Part shown: one piece after another, positions 26,959 through 39,356 of the stretch | Position numbering within the stretch: position 1 is the stretch's first letter | How the letters are laid out: every line of letters starts with the position of its first letter | Assembly: GCF_004010195.1 (NCBI RefSeq) | Contig: NC_057719.1 | Span: forward strand, 5,651,258 to 5,700,627 | Length of the DNA stretch: 49,370 nucleotides | From: Chiloscyllium plagiosum | Lineage: Eukaryota | Reading direction: 5' to 3' | The notes under the pieces: generated by a model | Told to the model about the DNA's origin: nothing | The model's input: the letters and a program-made list of their open reading frames with translations, nothing else | The model's database searches: none | Program-made: the position numbers and the translations under genes

Positions 26959-29239
26959 CTAAACGTAAAGGATTTTTCTTTGTCAATCATAGTGAAACAG
27001 AGAATCTAAAAAGATTTATAAATTATCTTGGTATTCATACGATTCTGAAAGGAAATAACTACTTTTTATGTGAATAGGAAATTTTTAGGCTTTCAGAACC
27101 TGGTATTTTATTGAAATAAAACATATCTTCATGGTCTATGACTTTTTGACCAAATAAAAGGCCAAGTAACCTTTTCTACCAATGTGACCTAGCCCAGTAG
27201 CTGTCTTTTTGCAAAACAAAAGGCACAATTTCTTTGTGCTTATTCAGTTAATTTGGAGACGACATGCAATTTTTGCATCCTCTTTCAGTTTAGGGTTAGA
27301 GAAACATTGAAAGCCATTTCTGGCTTGAAGTTGGAACTAGAGACTGCTGACATAAATGTTCCCAAATTTCCTGGATCATGTTTGTGGAGAAATGATGACC
27401 AACTTTACATGTTTCTGCTGTGATCCTCCAACGGGAACTTGCGTGAAATTTCCTGTAGAGATCATTTTCCTATAGCTGGCATAAACCCGCATACATGCAG
27501 CTGAACAAGCGAGTGAGCTGCCATCTTCTGCCTAACATGAAGTCTCTGCTCCTTCATTGTTATGCAGAACACGATTTTGCCTGTTGGGAAGATCATTCCT
27601 CCTCCTCCTCAGAATGGGATGTGGTGGTAGGGTGGGGTTGGACATCTATAAATTTTGAGTAGGCTAAGGCTGACAGCTTTGCTTAAGTTATAGGGTGGCT
27701 TTTGTAAGAAACTCACTGTCAACCTCCATAAATTGCGCAAGCATCTGTTGATTTTAATCATGGTGCACACAAATCTATGGATGTAATTCTATGCCTGCAC
27801 ATTATTCAGCCAAATTCAGAAATCTGGGGAGGACCAATGTAAACAGGAGGCAAATGGTTTCAGCCAGTGTGTCTGGGAAGAAAGAGGCAATAGTCAAGGA
27901 AATTTATCCTTCAAAATATTCCAGTATAAAACTACCTGGAACTGGTTGTGTGCAAATTTCCTCGGATAAAACACTGTGCCACTCTTATGCGGAAACCTTT
28001 CAGAAAGTTTGCGCTATTGAGGTTGCATTGTCTCTAGAATTAACAGAGTGCTGGGCAGGTTGCACTGTAGTTTTTCTGTATTGTGCACAAATAATTCCAA
28101 ACTATTGGTGTCTGGGGGAAAGTTCACCTTTAAATGCCTTTTAAATGTGAGCTTTTTTTCTTTATTTATGAGACTATCTTAGTTTAAAAGGCTTTGCTAA
28201 GTACATAGAAACTAAGGACCTCCATATTGAGAGTGTCCAAGATGGTGTAATGTAGACAAATGGTTGTAGATCATTGGACTTCTGAAGATTTGATGCATGG
28301 CTCAGACTGAACTCTACAATCTCTTCTAAATGCTATTTTCATAGTAAATTCGATATCTGCGATAGAACATTGTAAATATTAACTTAAGCTACTGAACAGG
28401 CTGCAGTGTTGATTTTTCTTTTTGGCATCCAGGTTAGATGCAGCTGATAGTTTCAAAGTGTTGCAGATCTTTCTACAGCCTGTTTGAAATCAACTTTTTT
28501 CAAGGTTGTGCAAACTTCTTACTGCAAAACAATTCAAAGCCTTTTCTCTCAACAGATTTATCCTGTTGAGAAGGTTGAGCTTGCCTATTAACATATACTG
28601 AACATGTGTTTTTACATAACAGTTTTTAACTCTGTATAATACTTTTTCAGATAGCTTAAAGATTTAAACTGAAGTCAGAATATTGTTGATACAAGGCACT
28701 GCCGTGTTGCTGTATTTATTAGATATTTAAAGAATTTTAATGAGGGAGAATTAATTCAATCACTGAAGAGTTGTTGCAACTTTCTGGTGACTTGTACTAA
28801 TTTTTAAAAGTTGATAGCTTTATTCAGGTGAGTCAATAAAAGCTTTTAAGACTTTTTAGGACTTTATAGTCAATTTGATTTAACTATAGCTCCTTAAAGG
28901 AGGTTGGCAAATACTCATTGCAATTTTTTTAGTGAGAATTTAATTGTGGCTTTATTGTGTGTGGTGAGAATTGTCCCACTGTGCAAACGTGCGATAAAAT
29001 TGATGCAATTTAACAATTATTATTCATAACGAAACTCTCACTCATTAGTATTATAATTTATATAATGCCTCTTCAAGGAGGAGTGCTCCACACAAGAATT
29101 GTGCTTGTTTACATTTGCAAGACAATGGTATTCATTTTCTTATTCATTTTGGTTTACACTTTGAGCATTGCCGTCTAAGTGAATGAAATAACACCTGTGG
29201 CACTTAAAAGTGACAAAAGGGTAGAAACTTCAATTGATT

Positions 29240-29574
29240 TACAAGATGATTAGGGGTTTAGATAGGGTCGACAGTGAGAATCTTTTTCCACGTATGGAGT
29301 CAGCTATTACAAGGGGGCATAGCTTTAAATTAAGGGGGGGGTAGGTATAGGACAGATGTTAGGGGTAGGTTCTTTACTCAGCGAGTCGTGAGTTAATGGA
29401 ATGCCCTGCCAGTAGCAGTGGTGGACTCTCCCTCATTATAGGCATTTAAGCGGGCATTGGATAGGCATATGGAGGATAGTGGGCTAGTGTAGGTTAGGTG
29501 GGCTTGGATCCGCGCAACATCGAGGGCCGAAGGGCCTGTACTGCGCTGTATTCTTCTATGTTCTATGTTCTATG
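29240..29574 (+). mobile_element. Young CR1 (HER1-like) 3' end
   Basis: YKMIRGLDRVDSENLFP..RGHSFKL..RGRFFTQRVVS; CpG-rich; ends gggccgaagggcctgtactgcgctgt then (TTCTATG)n. Confidence 0.9.
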
Positions 29575-30028
29575 ATGCCATTCACATATAAATCCATAAA
29601 AAGTTGACATCATTTTGCTGGAGCAACCCAAAACTAAAATCCATTGTTCCATTCTGTCCACTGCAAACCATGCCCACCACCTCCAACCCTCTGAGGGTAT
29701 CTGACCCTCCTTGGAAAATTAATTCCTTTTCCCTTCAAAGTTTCAAGAGCCTATTCCTTACTACCATAATTTACATGCTCCTCCAGCCCTCAGCATAATT
29801 TCTCCTTACACCTCACCTCTTTCAATTAGCAATTATGTTTATATTGTTAGCCCCTCAAGAAATTTGTGGAGGTATTGCATGGTGAAGAACTTTTTTTTAA
29901 ATGCAGGGAGTGGCAAAGACCTGGAATTTGCTACCCATGAGGATGGTGAAAGCAGAGACTATAAGTGATTCCTGTAGGAATTTGAATGGATATTTGAGGG
30001 GAATAAATTTGCCAAGCTTCTATGGTAG

Positions 30029-30106
30029 TCGAGAGTGTGGTTCTGGAAAAGCACAGTAGGTCAGGCAGCATCTGAGAAGCAGGAGAATCGACGTTTCAGG
30101 CATAAG
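30029..30106 (-). mobile_element. Short PLE terminal-repeat fragment inserted in a CR1 3' remnant (29870-30200)
   Basis: Matches the left arm at 23121-23195. Flanked by GCTTCTATGGTAG (30016-30028) and GCTTCTGTGGTAG (30107-30119). Confidence 0.8.
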
Positions 30107-30204
30107 GCTTCTGTGGTAGAGCAGGAAAATGATTGTGACTGGATTATTCTGTGATAACTGATATACATTCAGTGGATTGAATTGCGTCTTTCTGTGCCAT
30201 ATTG

Positions 30205-31170
30205 AATCATAGAGCCATAGATATGTACAGTGTGGAATCAGATCAGTCCAACACATGCATGTCCACCAGGTATCCAAAATCAATCTAGTTCCATTTGCCA
30301 GCATTTGGCCCATATCGCTGTAAACCCTTCCTATTCATGTACCCATCCAGATGCCTTTTAAATGTTCGAATTGTACCAATATCCACCACTTCCTCTGGCA
30401 GCTCATTCCATACATGGTCCACCCTCTGCATGAAAACGTTGCCCTTTAGGTCCCTTTTACATCTTTCCCCTCTCACACAAACCTATGCCCTCTAGTTTTG
30501 GACTCCCCTACTCTGGGGAAAAAGACCTTGGCTATTCACTCTATCCATGTCCATCATGATTTTGTAGATCTCTATTAGGCCACCCCTCAGCCTCTGATGC
30601 TCGAGAGAAAACAGCTCCAACCTATTCAGCCTCTCCCTATAACTCAAACCTTCCAACACCCTTGCAAATCTTTTCTGCAACCTTTCAAGTTTACTAACAT
30701 CTTTACTATAGCAGGGCAACCAGAATTGATCGTAATGTTCCAAAAGTTACCTAACCAATGTCCTGTACAGCCACAACATAACCTCCCAACTCCTATACTT
30801 AATGCACTGACCGATAAAGACTAGTATACTGAATGCCTTCTTCACTACCCTGTCTACCTATGACTCCACCTTCAAGGAACAATGAGCCTGCATCCAATAG
30901 TTTTTTTTTATTTGGAATCACTCTCTAGTACCGTTAAGTGTATACGTTCTGCCCTGATTTGACTTGCCAAAATGCAACACCTCATACCTTTTCACATTTC
31001 TTTAAATTTCATCTGCTGCTCCTCAGCCCTTCTGAGTAAGATCCCGTTGTACTCTGAGATAACCTTCTTCACCGTCCACTATACCACCAGTTTTGGTGTT
31101 ATCTGCAAACTTACAAACCATTCATCCAATATTCATATCCAAATCATTTCTATAAATGACAACTGTAGCT
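30205..31170 (-). mobile_element. CR1 LINE, 5'-truncated
   Basis: ttatctgcaaactt (KFADN on minus), QFWLPCY..LSYRERL, FMQRVDHVWNELPEEVV. Confidence 0.9.
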
Positions 31171-32459
31171 AGTTACTGATGCCTCTACCAGAAAGATGTT
31201 TTATTTTACAATTAACTCTATCCAATCCTTTCATAATGCTGATCACCGATAATTAAATGCTCCCTTCAGCTTGCTTTATCTTCTGGGACTATTTACTATC
31301 TCAAGTGAGCACGTTCACTCACGGTAATGTTAATGCACATTCCAAACTGGCTTTTCAAAATATGCTACCACCTGACGTAACATACATTAAACACGTTTAA
31401 GTGCAGAGACAAGTCAGGAATGGCTGAATTAAGTGTACAAAAAGCACACCAAAGCATTTTTAACCTCAAAGTTAAAATGTAATTGGAGGAGCCTTAACTT
31501 GTGATTGTTTCCACATAGCTTTTGTCTTTGGAAACTAATGTTTACTCTGTGTAGGTATCACGCCAGAGATGTAGGGGGTGGGCAGTGGCACTGATGGTTG
31601 AGAAATATCAAGGGCAGGGTTCGCTGTCACTCTATAAACCCAAAAGGAAAATTGGTAAAAGTTAGCCATGCAAACATTGTGGAATTAGTTTGTTGGAAAT
31701 GGATGTATTTGTTTCATGTAAGTAGAAGTTTACAGAAAACTAATTTCTTGGAAAGATACCTTGAAAAAGTAAGGATCTGATTCTTTGCCTCAAGTATCAG
31801 AGTCACATAATTCTAAAATCGGCCCATCTCCTCCTGTTATATCGCTTCTGGTGACTAGTTTTTTGTTTTCAGTGGAAAAGATGTCTTTTATATTGACACA
31901 ATTCTGATATTGAATAGGTTCCTCATTCATATTAAAACATCTATTGGTAAAGCCACGCTGTGCAATATTGACATACATTTTATGGGCTAACAGCTCCAGT
32001 AAAAAAATGCAAGAATTTAATTTATATAGAATCACATTGAAATTACAACACAGATTCAGACTATTTGGCCCATATGCCAACTGTTTATATATCCTATGAG
32101 TCTTGTCTCGACCAATGTCATCTAACCATGTGAGCATATTACCGTATTAACCTCAATTTTGTTTGTTTATCTAGTTTCCCAACTAAATGCATCAGTATTA
32201 TTCATCTCAACTTCTGTGATAGCAAATTCCCCTTTCTAAGTGCTCTCTGAATACAGAAATTTCCTCTGAATTCCTAATGGATTTTCTTGTTGATTACGCT
32301 ATATTATGGCCTCTCATTTTGGTAATCCCTTAAATTGAAATAATCTTATTTATTTCCATCTTATCAAATCACATCATAATGTTATGTCTCTAATGTAGTC
32401 ATAAAATAGTACGACATGGCAGGAAATTATTTGGCTCAATTTGATAGGTTCCTGGCAGC

Positions 32460-32710
32460 AGTTGCTGGAATTTGAATGCAGCTAATAATAAAAAACTCTA
32501 GAATATGAGATTAATTTCAGTAATGGTACAATGGAACTGTCATTGAGCGGGAATATCCATCTAGTTCACTAATGTCCTTTAGGAAGGGAAATCTGCCATC
32601 CTTAGCTGATCTAGTTTACATGAAACTCCAGAAACACAGCAATTTTGTTGACTTTTAACTGCTGTCTGAAATGGCCAAGTAAACCACTCAGTTCCAGGGC
32701 AATTCAGGGA
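32460..32710 (+). mobile_element. Second SINE family copy
   Basis: gttcactaatgtcctttaggaagggaaatctgccatcctt..ccactcagttccagggcaatt. Confidence 0.7.
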
Positions 32711-35700
32711 CAGAGAGGTTTTCCATAAATAATCATGAAATTGACATAGCATTAAAGTTCAATTATACCTCACCCAACAATGTGTAACTTATCAAGGATT
32801 CTTGTAGCAATACTAATAGCAGCAAAGGGCAAATTCTCATTAAGTTTATAATTGATGAAATACTGCAGGAAATTCAATAGTAAACTATACGGAGGAGCCT
32901 AAAATATTTTTTGAGGCAAATGCTGTCAGTTTTGCTGTCGTTAATTACTGCAAATTCCAGGCCCCTGTTATTAGCATTTTCACAATATGTTACAATCAGA
33001 ATTAAAACTAAAATACTCTGCTCAATTGCATGCAGCATTTCCTGATCTTGATGTAGATTTGTTTAACGGGTGCCAAATTCACCTGGAATCTATAACAATG
33101 ATGGTTCAAGGCCATTTCCCATGTACAGTGAAATCAAATCAAAGCAGCAGCGGAATAGATCCAATAATGCTTCTTATTCAGTCACCAACCAGGAAAATGA
33201 AACAAGATTGTGTGTTTGTAGCTTTATGCTATTTTGTTTTTGTACGGTGTCTTTTTCAAAGTAAATCTGTGTGCACGGTAACCTTTCAAGCAGTTCAATG
33301 TCTTCTATAATGTATATGTTTATATTTTTGTACAGGCTGAGTCCTATTAATGTAGAAAGCAGTGATGAGATGTGAAACATGGCAGCTTATGTGTACAGAC
33401 TGTTTAGGGATTTTGGATCCCTGGTTGTTTATGCACAGTAATGTAACAATCATGTTTAAAATTGTGGTCATGTTTTCACATTTTTATAATATATGTTAAT
33501 TTTGTCTTTCACACTGTAACTAAATTGATATATGTTAAATAATTGGAAGGTTTTAATTTCAGTCTGCCACTTGTTTTTAATCCATTTTCCACAGTTACTA
33601 TGTCATAAAAGAGGGAGGAGAACGTGCTAGAAAATTCCAGAATATTGCATATTTAATTGCAGTGTGAAGAGGCCTTTAACTAGAGGTCCTCCCACTTTTT
33701 GTTCATAGGGAAGCTCTGTAACTATTGGTACATATAAGGAGATTGCCCAATAACTATAGTCTGACTGCCTGAGGTCTCTTGCAAATATTAACACGCCCAC
33801 AAAAAGTGACAAATATTAACTTCTAAAAGTCAGTTTATAAACTAACAGTTCCTTCCACTGACTTCAAAAGTAATCAGTCTCGAAGGAAAACGATGTTGTT
33901 AGTCAGATTACTGTTGCTGTAGGAAACCAAATTGTTGGACAGCAATGAAAATAGTGTGTCAGTGAATCAACTAGTGCACAGCAAGAGTATTTACAAGACG
34001 GAATCCCAGAGACAGTGTTTGTGAACATTTCCCCAAAGACCTTCATTTGAAAGCGTGCTTTGCAAATTCACATTGTGCTGTCATTTAGTGGGTGGACTAC
34101 AAACAATTATGGAGCATTAATTCTAGTCTGCAAAAACACTTGCTTTGGTTGCAGGAAAACCTGTGAGTTTGTTTTGTTCCAACTACGTATCTGAATTTTA
34201 AAGAAAAACTCAATTAAGGGATTACTGTTAATGTACACTAGATCTATTTGTGTGCCAAGAATGTTTTAACACAGTTTAAGAAACTAACATTAATTAATGC
34301 TATGTATATACCTTTTGAAAAAGTGTGCGCAAGTATTTGCATACATTACTACCTTTTTCTTAGAGTCTAGATTCTCCAGGAATTGAGTGTTGTGTTATCG
34401 TAACTTTATAATTCAGACATAAGGCAGCTCAACTGTAGATGATAGTGAGTGAGAAAACTATTTTTCAAGAGTTGGACTATTTGGGCAATACATCAAGTTC
34501 GTGAATTATACATACATACCTCAAACCTTTTGCCAAGGTGTGTGCTATTTTTTTGTACTCACTGTAAGTTGGATTGGATATCTCCCATTGGTGACAGTAA
34601 ATTTCTGGCCTTTATTCATTCTGAACAATTCGCTTGTAATGAGTTTTGCGCAAATCAAGGAATGAATGTGCAAGTCACCTTGGAGAGAAGTCCAACAATT
34701 CTACAATAAATTAAATTCTGAATGGTACTGGAAAATTTATGTTCCTCTTCATTCCTCTTTCCTAAATTATAGTTTAATGATTTGATTCAAATGCTAAACT
34801 TCTGCAATATACTAGTCACCAATCCCAAAACAGGAACTACAAACATGCTTCATCGGCACAGGGTATTCAGCCTACAGAGCTGTATTTGTTTTGATGATCC
34901 ATCCTACCTGCCGGCAGCCTCATCACATCCCCAGTACCTTCTCTCCTAGAAAGAAGGCAGGTTTTCTGAATTAATAACTGTCTGCTACAATTGTTACTTA
35001 CAAAAATAGAGACTGTTATAATGGACCAAAGAACACGTTGAGAATATTGTGGACATCGTAGTTTAATGAAGCACAATAATTTAGTGCTCATCCTTGTTTA
35101 CCTTCTTTCCAGCTTGGCACATTCAATCCTGGGGCAAATGATATGTCAGAGTCAGGCATGCGTTGACATAATTTCTTGTGGCAGGACTGGAAGAACAAGA
35201 CTATTTTTGCTGGTGAATTGTCCCACAGCATTGATATATTCAAGGATGTAATGCCGAGATTTTTAATCAGTAAGGGAATTAAGAATTATGAGGAGAAGGG
35301 CACAAAAGTTGAGGATTTACATCAAATCTTTGACGGGCATGAACTTCGCACAGATAACAAATCACTGATGTTGCTATCATGTAACTCCTATCTACTGAAA
35401 AGGACTGCTCAATCAGACCAGATTAGTCGATGAGGAAGAAATAGATGACGTCTGGGGCTGATTGTGTGAGTATGCAGATAATGGGGGCTGTCGGTATCAG
35501 ATCAGCCATGATCTCTCTGAATGGTCGAGCAGACCCAATGGGCTGAATGGCCTACTTCTGCTCCTACTTCTTGTTGAGTGGGTTTACCCCAACATGTAAG
35601 CAGGGAGTTCAATAAAAAGAGAGTTTATTTTCGAAAGTTCAGTGTCTACCAGTGTTTCTTGGCTGAAACTCTTCGTATATCCTCAAAAGGTTACCTTGCC

Positions 35701-35859
35701 TCTTTCTATTTACCCTCACTTTCATTTTCTAACTGAGTTGTTGTGCTTTTGAAGTATTTCCTGATTTTTATAAGATTTTTGTATCTTATAGCGTTATTAT
35801 GCTTGGAGACACCATACAAAACCTCCCAGACTTATATTACACTGCATGTATTCTGTAAA

Positions 35860-36378
35860 TAAAAACAAAGAACTGCAGGAAATCTGAAACAAAAACAAAA
35901 ATTGCTGGAGAAACTCAGCAGGCCTGGCAGTATCTGTGGAGAGAAAGCAAAGTTTTGGGTCCAGTGACCCTTCTCCAGAATTGATTGTAGCTAGTAAAAG
36001 GTGGCATTTTTTGCACCATCAGTGGCTGTAAATGGGTTGGCTGGTGATGAAAGCAGCATTACATGGGTTGCTTTCATCACAGCCAACCCGTTTTCCCCCA
36101 CCGATGGTCGTCATTAGCAGCTATTCTTTCTCCCCGGCTCATTATTACCCATTCCTTTGCCCAATTGCTATTCTCTCTCACTGGGAAATCTATTGGTCAC
36201 TTCCTTCCTCTTCCCCTCTCCCACCCTCCTCACCCCAGGTCTTCAGCATAAAAACCACACTTACCTCACTAAAATCAGATCTGAAGAAGGGCCACTGGAC
36301 CAGCAACAGTAACTCTGTTTTCTGCGCACAGAAACTGCTAGATCTGCTGAGGTTCTCCAGCAGTTTGTTTTTGATACA
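35860..36378. mobile_element. Inverted pair of PLE terminal repeats with spacer
   Basis: 35890-36005 (ttgctggagaaactcagcagg..gggtccagtgacccttctccag) is reverse-complementary to 36255-36375 (ctgaagaagggccactggacc..ctgctgaggttctccagca). Confidence 0.75.
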
Positions 36379-36399
36379 ATCTGTGGACCTGTTTTAGGT

Positions 36400-36940
36400 C
36401 TACAGGATAAGATTGGACTTTTCACAAAGAATTGGTGAGACCACATCTTAAATACTGTGCACAGTTTTGGTTACTTTGTTTGAAAAAAGATATAATTGTG
36501 TAAGATGCAATTCAGAGAAGGTTCACAACTTATTTTTCGGAGGAAGATTCGATGGGTTAAGCGTTTACTCATTGGAATTTCAAACAATGAGAGGTGAGCT
36601 TGTTGGAAATTGCAACATCTTGAGGCTATCGGAAAAACATTTTTACTTGTTGGGGTGACTAGAACTCAGAATAAGAGGTCTTCCTTTGAAGATGAAGATA
36701 ATTTATTTTATCTCTGAAATTTGTTAGTCTGTGAAACTCCCTTCCCCAGGAAGCAGTGGAGGCTGGTTCATTGAATTTGTACAAGATAGAGCTAGGTAGA
36801 TTTTGATAGACAAGGGAATCAAAGATTATTTGCAGCAAACTGGAAAGTGGAGTTGAGACCATAAAACCAGTCATGGTTTTATTGAATGGTGTAGGTGCAA
36901 AGAGGCCTAAAAGCTTGCTCCTCCTTCTCTGTCATATGTC
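36400..36940 (+). mobile_element. Degenerate CR1 3' portion
   Basis: ttggtgagaccacatcttaaatactgtgcacagttttgg (LVRPHLKYCAQFW), YSLEFQTMRGEL, and CR1 3' UTR. Confidence 0.75.
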
Positions 36941-38019
36941 TTGGGTCTGGGATCTTGATGAATCACTTACATTGAATGATAATACTTGATGGAGAGAGGC
37001 TGAGAGAAAGTCACCAGCAAAATAATCTCTCGGTCCCCATCTAGCAATTACCTAAGACTTCCTGACTTTGCACAAGCCTTTTGGTCAGCCCATCTACCAA
37101 GCACGACCAAATTTAAATAAGCTAAAGGATTTTTTTAAACAGTGGATTCGAAACAATATTTCATAGCAGAAAGTTTTTAGAAGTTTTAAAGGTGACCGGA
37201 TCTATAATGTGAATAGCTGATTGTCTTGTTTAATATGGCTTGATGTATTTGACTTGAGAATACTTATTTATATACCATTTATTTCACACACATTGCTGTT
37301 GTAACAGGGAAGAAAAGCACACAGCAGTCCTTGTGTGTCGTACAAGTATTTTTCCCTGTATAAGTTAAGCTACACACTGTGGAAATCTTACTAGCAGTTA
37401 TACTCTTTATGCAACACAATACTATATTCGTATGTTAAAGATCCAATAGTCTGTCAGAACTAGTCTCGTTTTTTTTCTAGCTGGGCTAGGAATTGAAAGT
37501 GTTGAAGCATTTCTGTGTAGAAGTTTTGCAACATCAAGCTGATTAGTGAAGGTTTTTAAAACAAACAGATGCCAAAGTATTGTATTTTCACCCCATGCTG
37601 TATATATCTGCTCATAGAGAGAGTTATCAGCTTGTTATATAAACTGATAAATTATGGTGATGGCTCATAGGGGAGTTTATTACATGATGACTTGGGTTTT
37701 GTAATATCTTTTATTTATTGCAGAGATGATATCCAAATGAGTATTTTGATGGTGCAGAGGTTAGAATTTGTTAACTTGGTGTTGGGAGTTAGTCAAAATG
37801 GAAACAAACTTTCCTTTGCTTTAGGGAATTTACTGAATAAGTTGTATCAACTTGACAACTTGTGTCGGGCAATGGGAAAACTTGTACTTTGTAAACTATG
37901 CTATTTTAAGAAGTGACGCAGTGTTTAGCATGTACTAATGTGCTTGCTTCAATTTATTCAGTTTAAGTATAGGATTACTATTGAAATCAAGGGCTCACAC
38001 TTTCAGAGACATTTGTGTG

Positions 38020-38110
38020 AATAAATGTACTTGTTACTGTCTGTCTTTTGAATTGAAATAAATTTGCCAAAAGTATGGAATAAGTGTTTTTGTTTTGTGT
38101 TATGGTTTAT
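38020..38110 (+). terminator. Candidate distal polyadenylation site
   Basis: AATAAA at 38020-38025 and 38057-38062, followed by a GT/T-rich tract (gtgtttttgttttgtgttatggttt, 38084-38108) with canonical spacing. Confidence 0.5.
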
Positions 38111-38989
38111 CAGTCATTGTGTCAGATTGCTGAAGGCAGCTGTTGCAACTCCATTGCTCAGCAAAGATATGCTCTGAAGCTGCAGGTCTGGCAGCCTCTG
38201 TAAGGCGGGAGAAATAGGGAGGTATTTATACGAGGCTGAGAGAAGGTGAGTCATGGCTCCAGAAGCAAAGGTAGCAATAAAGAGGTGATAATGACAGTAC
38301 ATAGAGAGATTATAGGGAGATTAGGAGCTGTGAGTGACCAAGGCTGAAGCCAGTGCTGTGTGACAAAATATGGGGGGGAATGGGTGAAGTAGAAGCAAAA
38401 TGGAAAACGGGAGAAGGGTAGCAAAGGGGGAAGAGGAGAGGAAAAAGGTGATAAGAGAGTGGGGAGTGAGAGAAAGACAATCAAGAAATATGAGGTCCAG
38501 AACGGTGAAAAAAAAAATTTAAAAACGGTAAATGAAATAAAATTACGGAGCAGAATGAAAACAGAGGGGTCGAGATGGGATAATCACCTGAAGTTGTTGA
38601 ATTCAGTGTTGAGACCGGCAGGCTGTAACGTGCCGAGTCGGAAGATGAGATGCTGTTCCTCCAGTCTGCGTTGAGCTTCACTGGAACATTGCAGCAGGCC
38701 AAGGACAGACATGTGGGCATGCGAGCAGGATTGGGTGGTGAAATGGCAAGCCACAGGAAGGTCTGGGACCTGATTGCTTACAGACCGAAGGTGCTCAGCA
38801 AAGCGATCACCCAGTCGGTGTTTTGTCTCTACGATATAGAGGAGACCACATTGGGAGCAACGAATGCAATAGACCAAATTGAAAGAGGTACAAGTGAAAC
38901 GCTGCTTAATCTGAAATGAGTGTTTAGGGCCTTGGATGGTGGGCATGGAAGAGGTAAAGGGGCAGGTGCTTCACCTTCTACGATTGCAT

Positions 38990-39071
38990 GGGAAGGTGCC
39001 ATGTGTGATGGGAGAGGAGTTAGGTGTGATGGGAAGGTGCCATGTGTGATGGGAGAGGAGTTAGGTGTGAT
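38990..39071. repeat. Tandem duplication, 2 x 41 bp, inside PLE A
   Basis: gggaaggtgccatgtgtgatgggagaggagttaggtgtgat occurs twice and frameshifts the ORF. Confidence 0.92.
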
Positions 39072-39187
39072 GGAGGAGTGGGCTAGGTTGTCCTGGAGGG
39101 AACAATCTCTGCGGAATGCAGACACGGGGAGGGAAGGGAAGATGTGTTTAGTGGAGGGCGGTGGAGGGCACCGTCGACCACGTCGGG

Positions 39188-39356
39188 GAACTGGTCCTCC
39201 TGGCTTGAAGAAGGAGGCCATCTGTGTTGTACGTATTTTGAACTGGTCCTCCTGGCTTAAAGAAGGAGGCCATCTGTGTTGTACGTATTTTGAACTGGTC
39301 CTCCTGGCTTGAAGAAGGAGGCCATCTGTGTTGTACGTATTTTGAACTGGTCCTCC
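39188..39356 (-). repeat. Tandem repeat, 3.25 x 52 bp, derived from PLE coding sequence
   Basis: Unit gaactggtcctcctggcttgaagaaggaggccatctgtgttgtacgtatttt starts at 39188, 39240, 39292 and 39344 (partial). One substitution in copy 2. Confidence 0.95.

Larger units (their letters stand above)
24734..38085 (+). other. RPS6KA5: Putative long 3' UTR of RPS6KA5 (3' end uncertain)
   Basis: AT-rich and comparatively repeat-poor sequence with no further exons. AATAAA occurs at 27115, 27153, 28835, 34705, 38020 and 38057. Confidence 0.45.

Noticed and set aside
25354..37606. Enrichment of Pumilio motifs (25354, 28371, 34303, 35854, 37599)
   Set aside because: About five hits in 13 kb of AT-rich DNA is not clearly above background without a computed null.
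39188..39356. CRISPR-like regular repeats
   Set aside because: Units are contiguous with no unique spacers, derive from PLE coding sequence, and sit in a vertebrate context.
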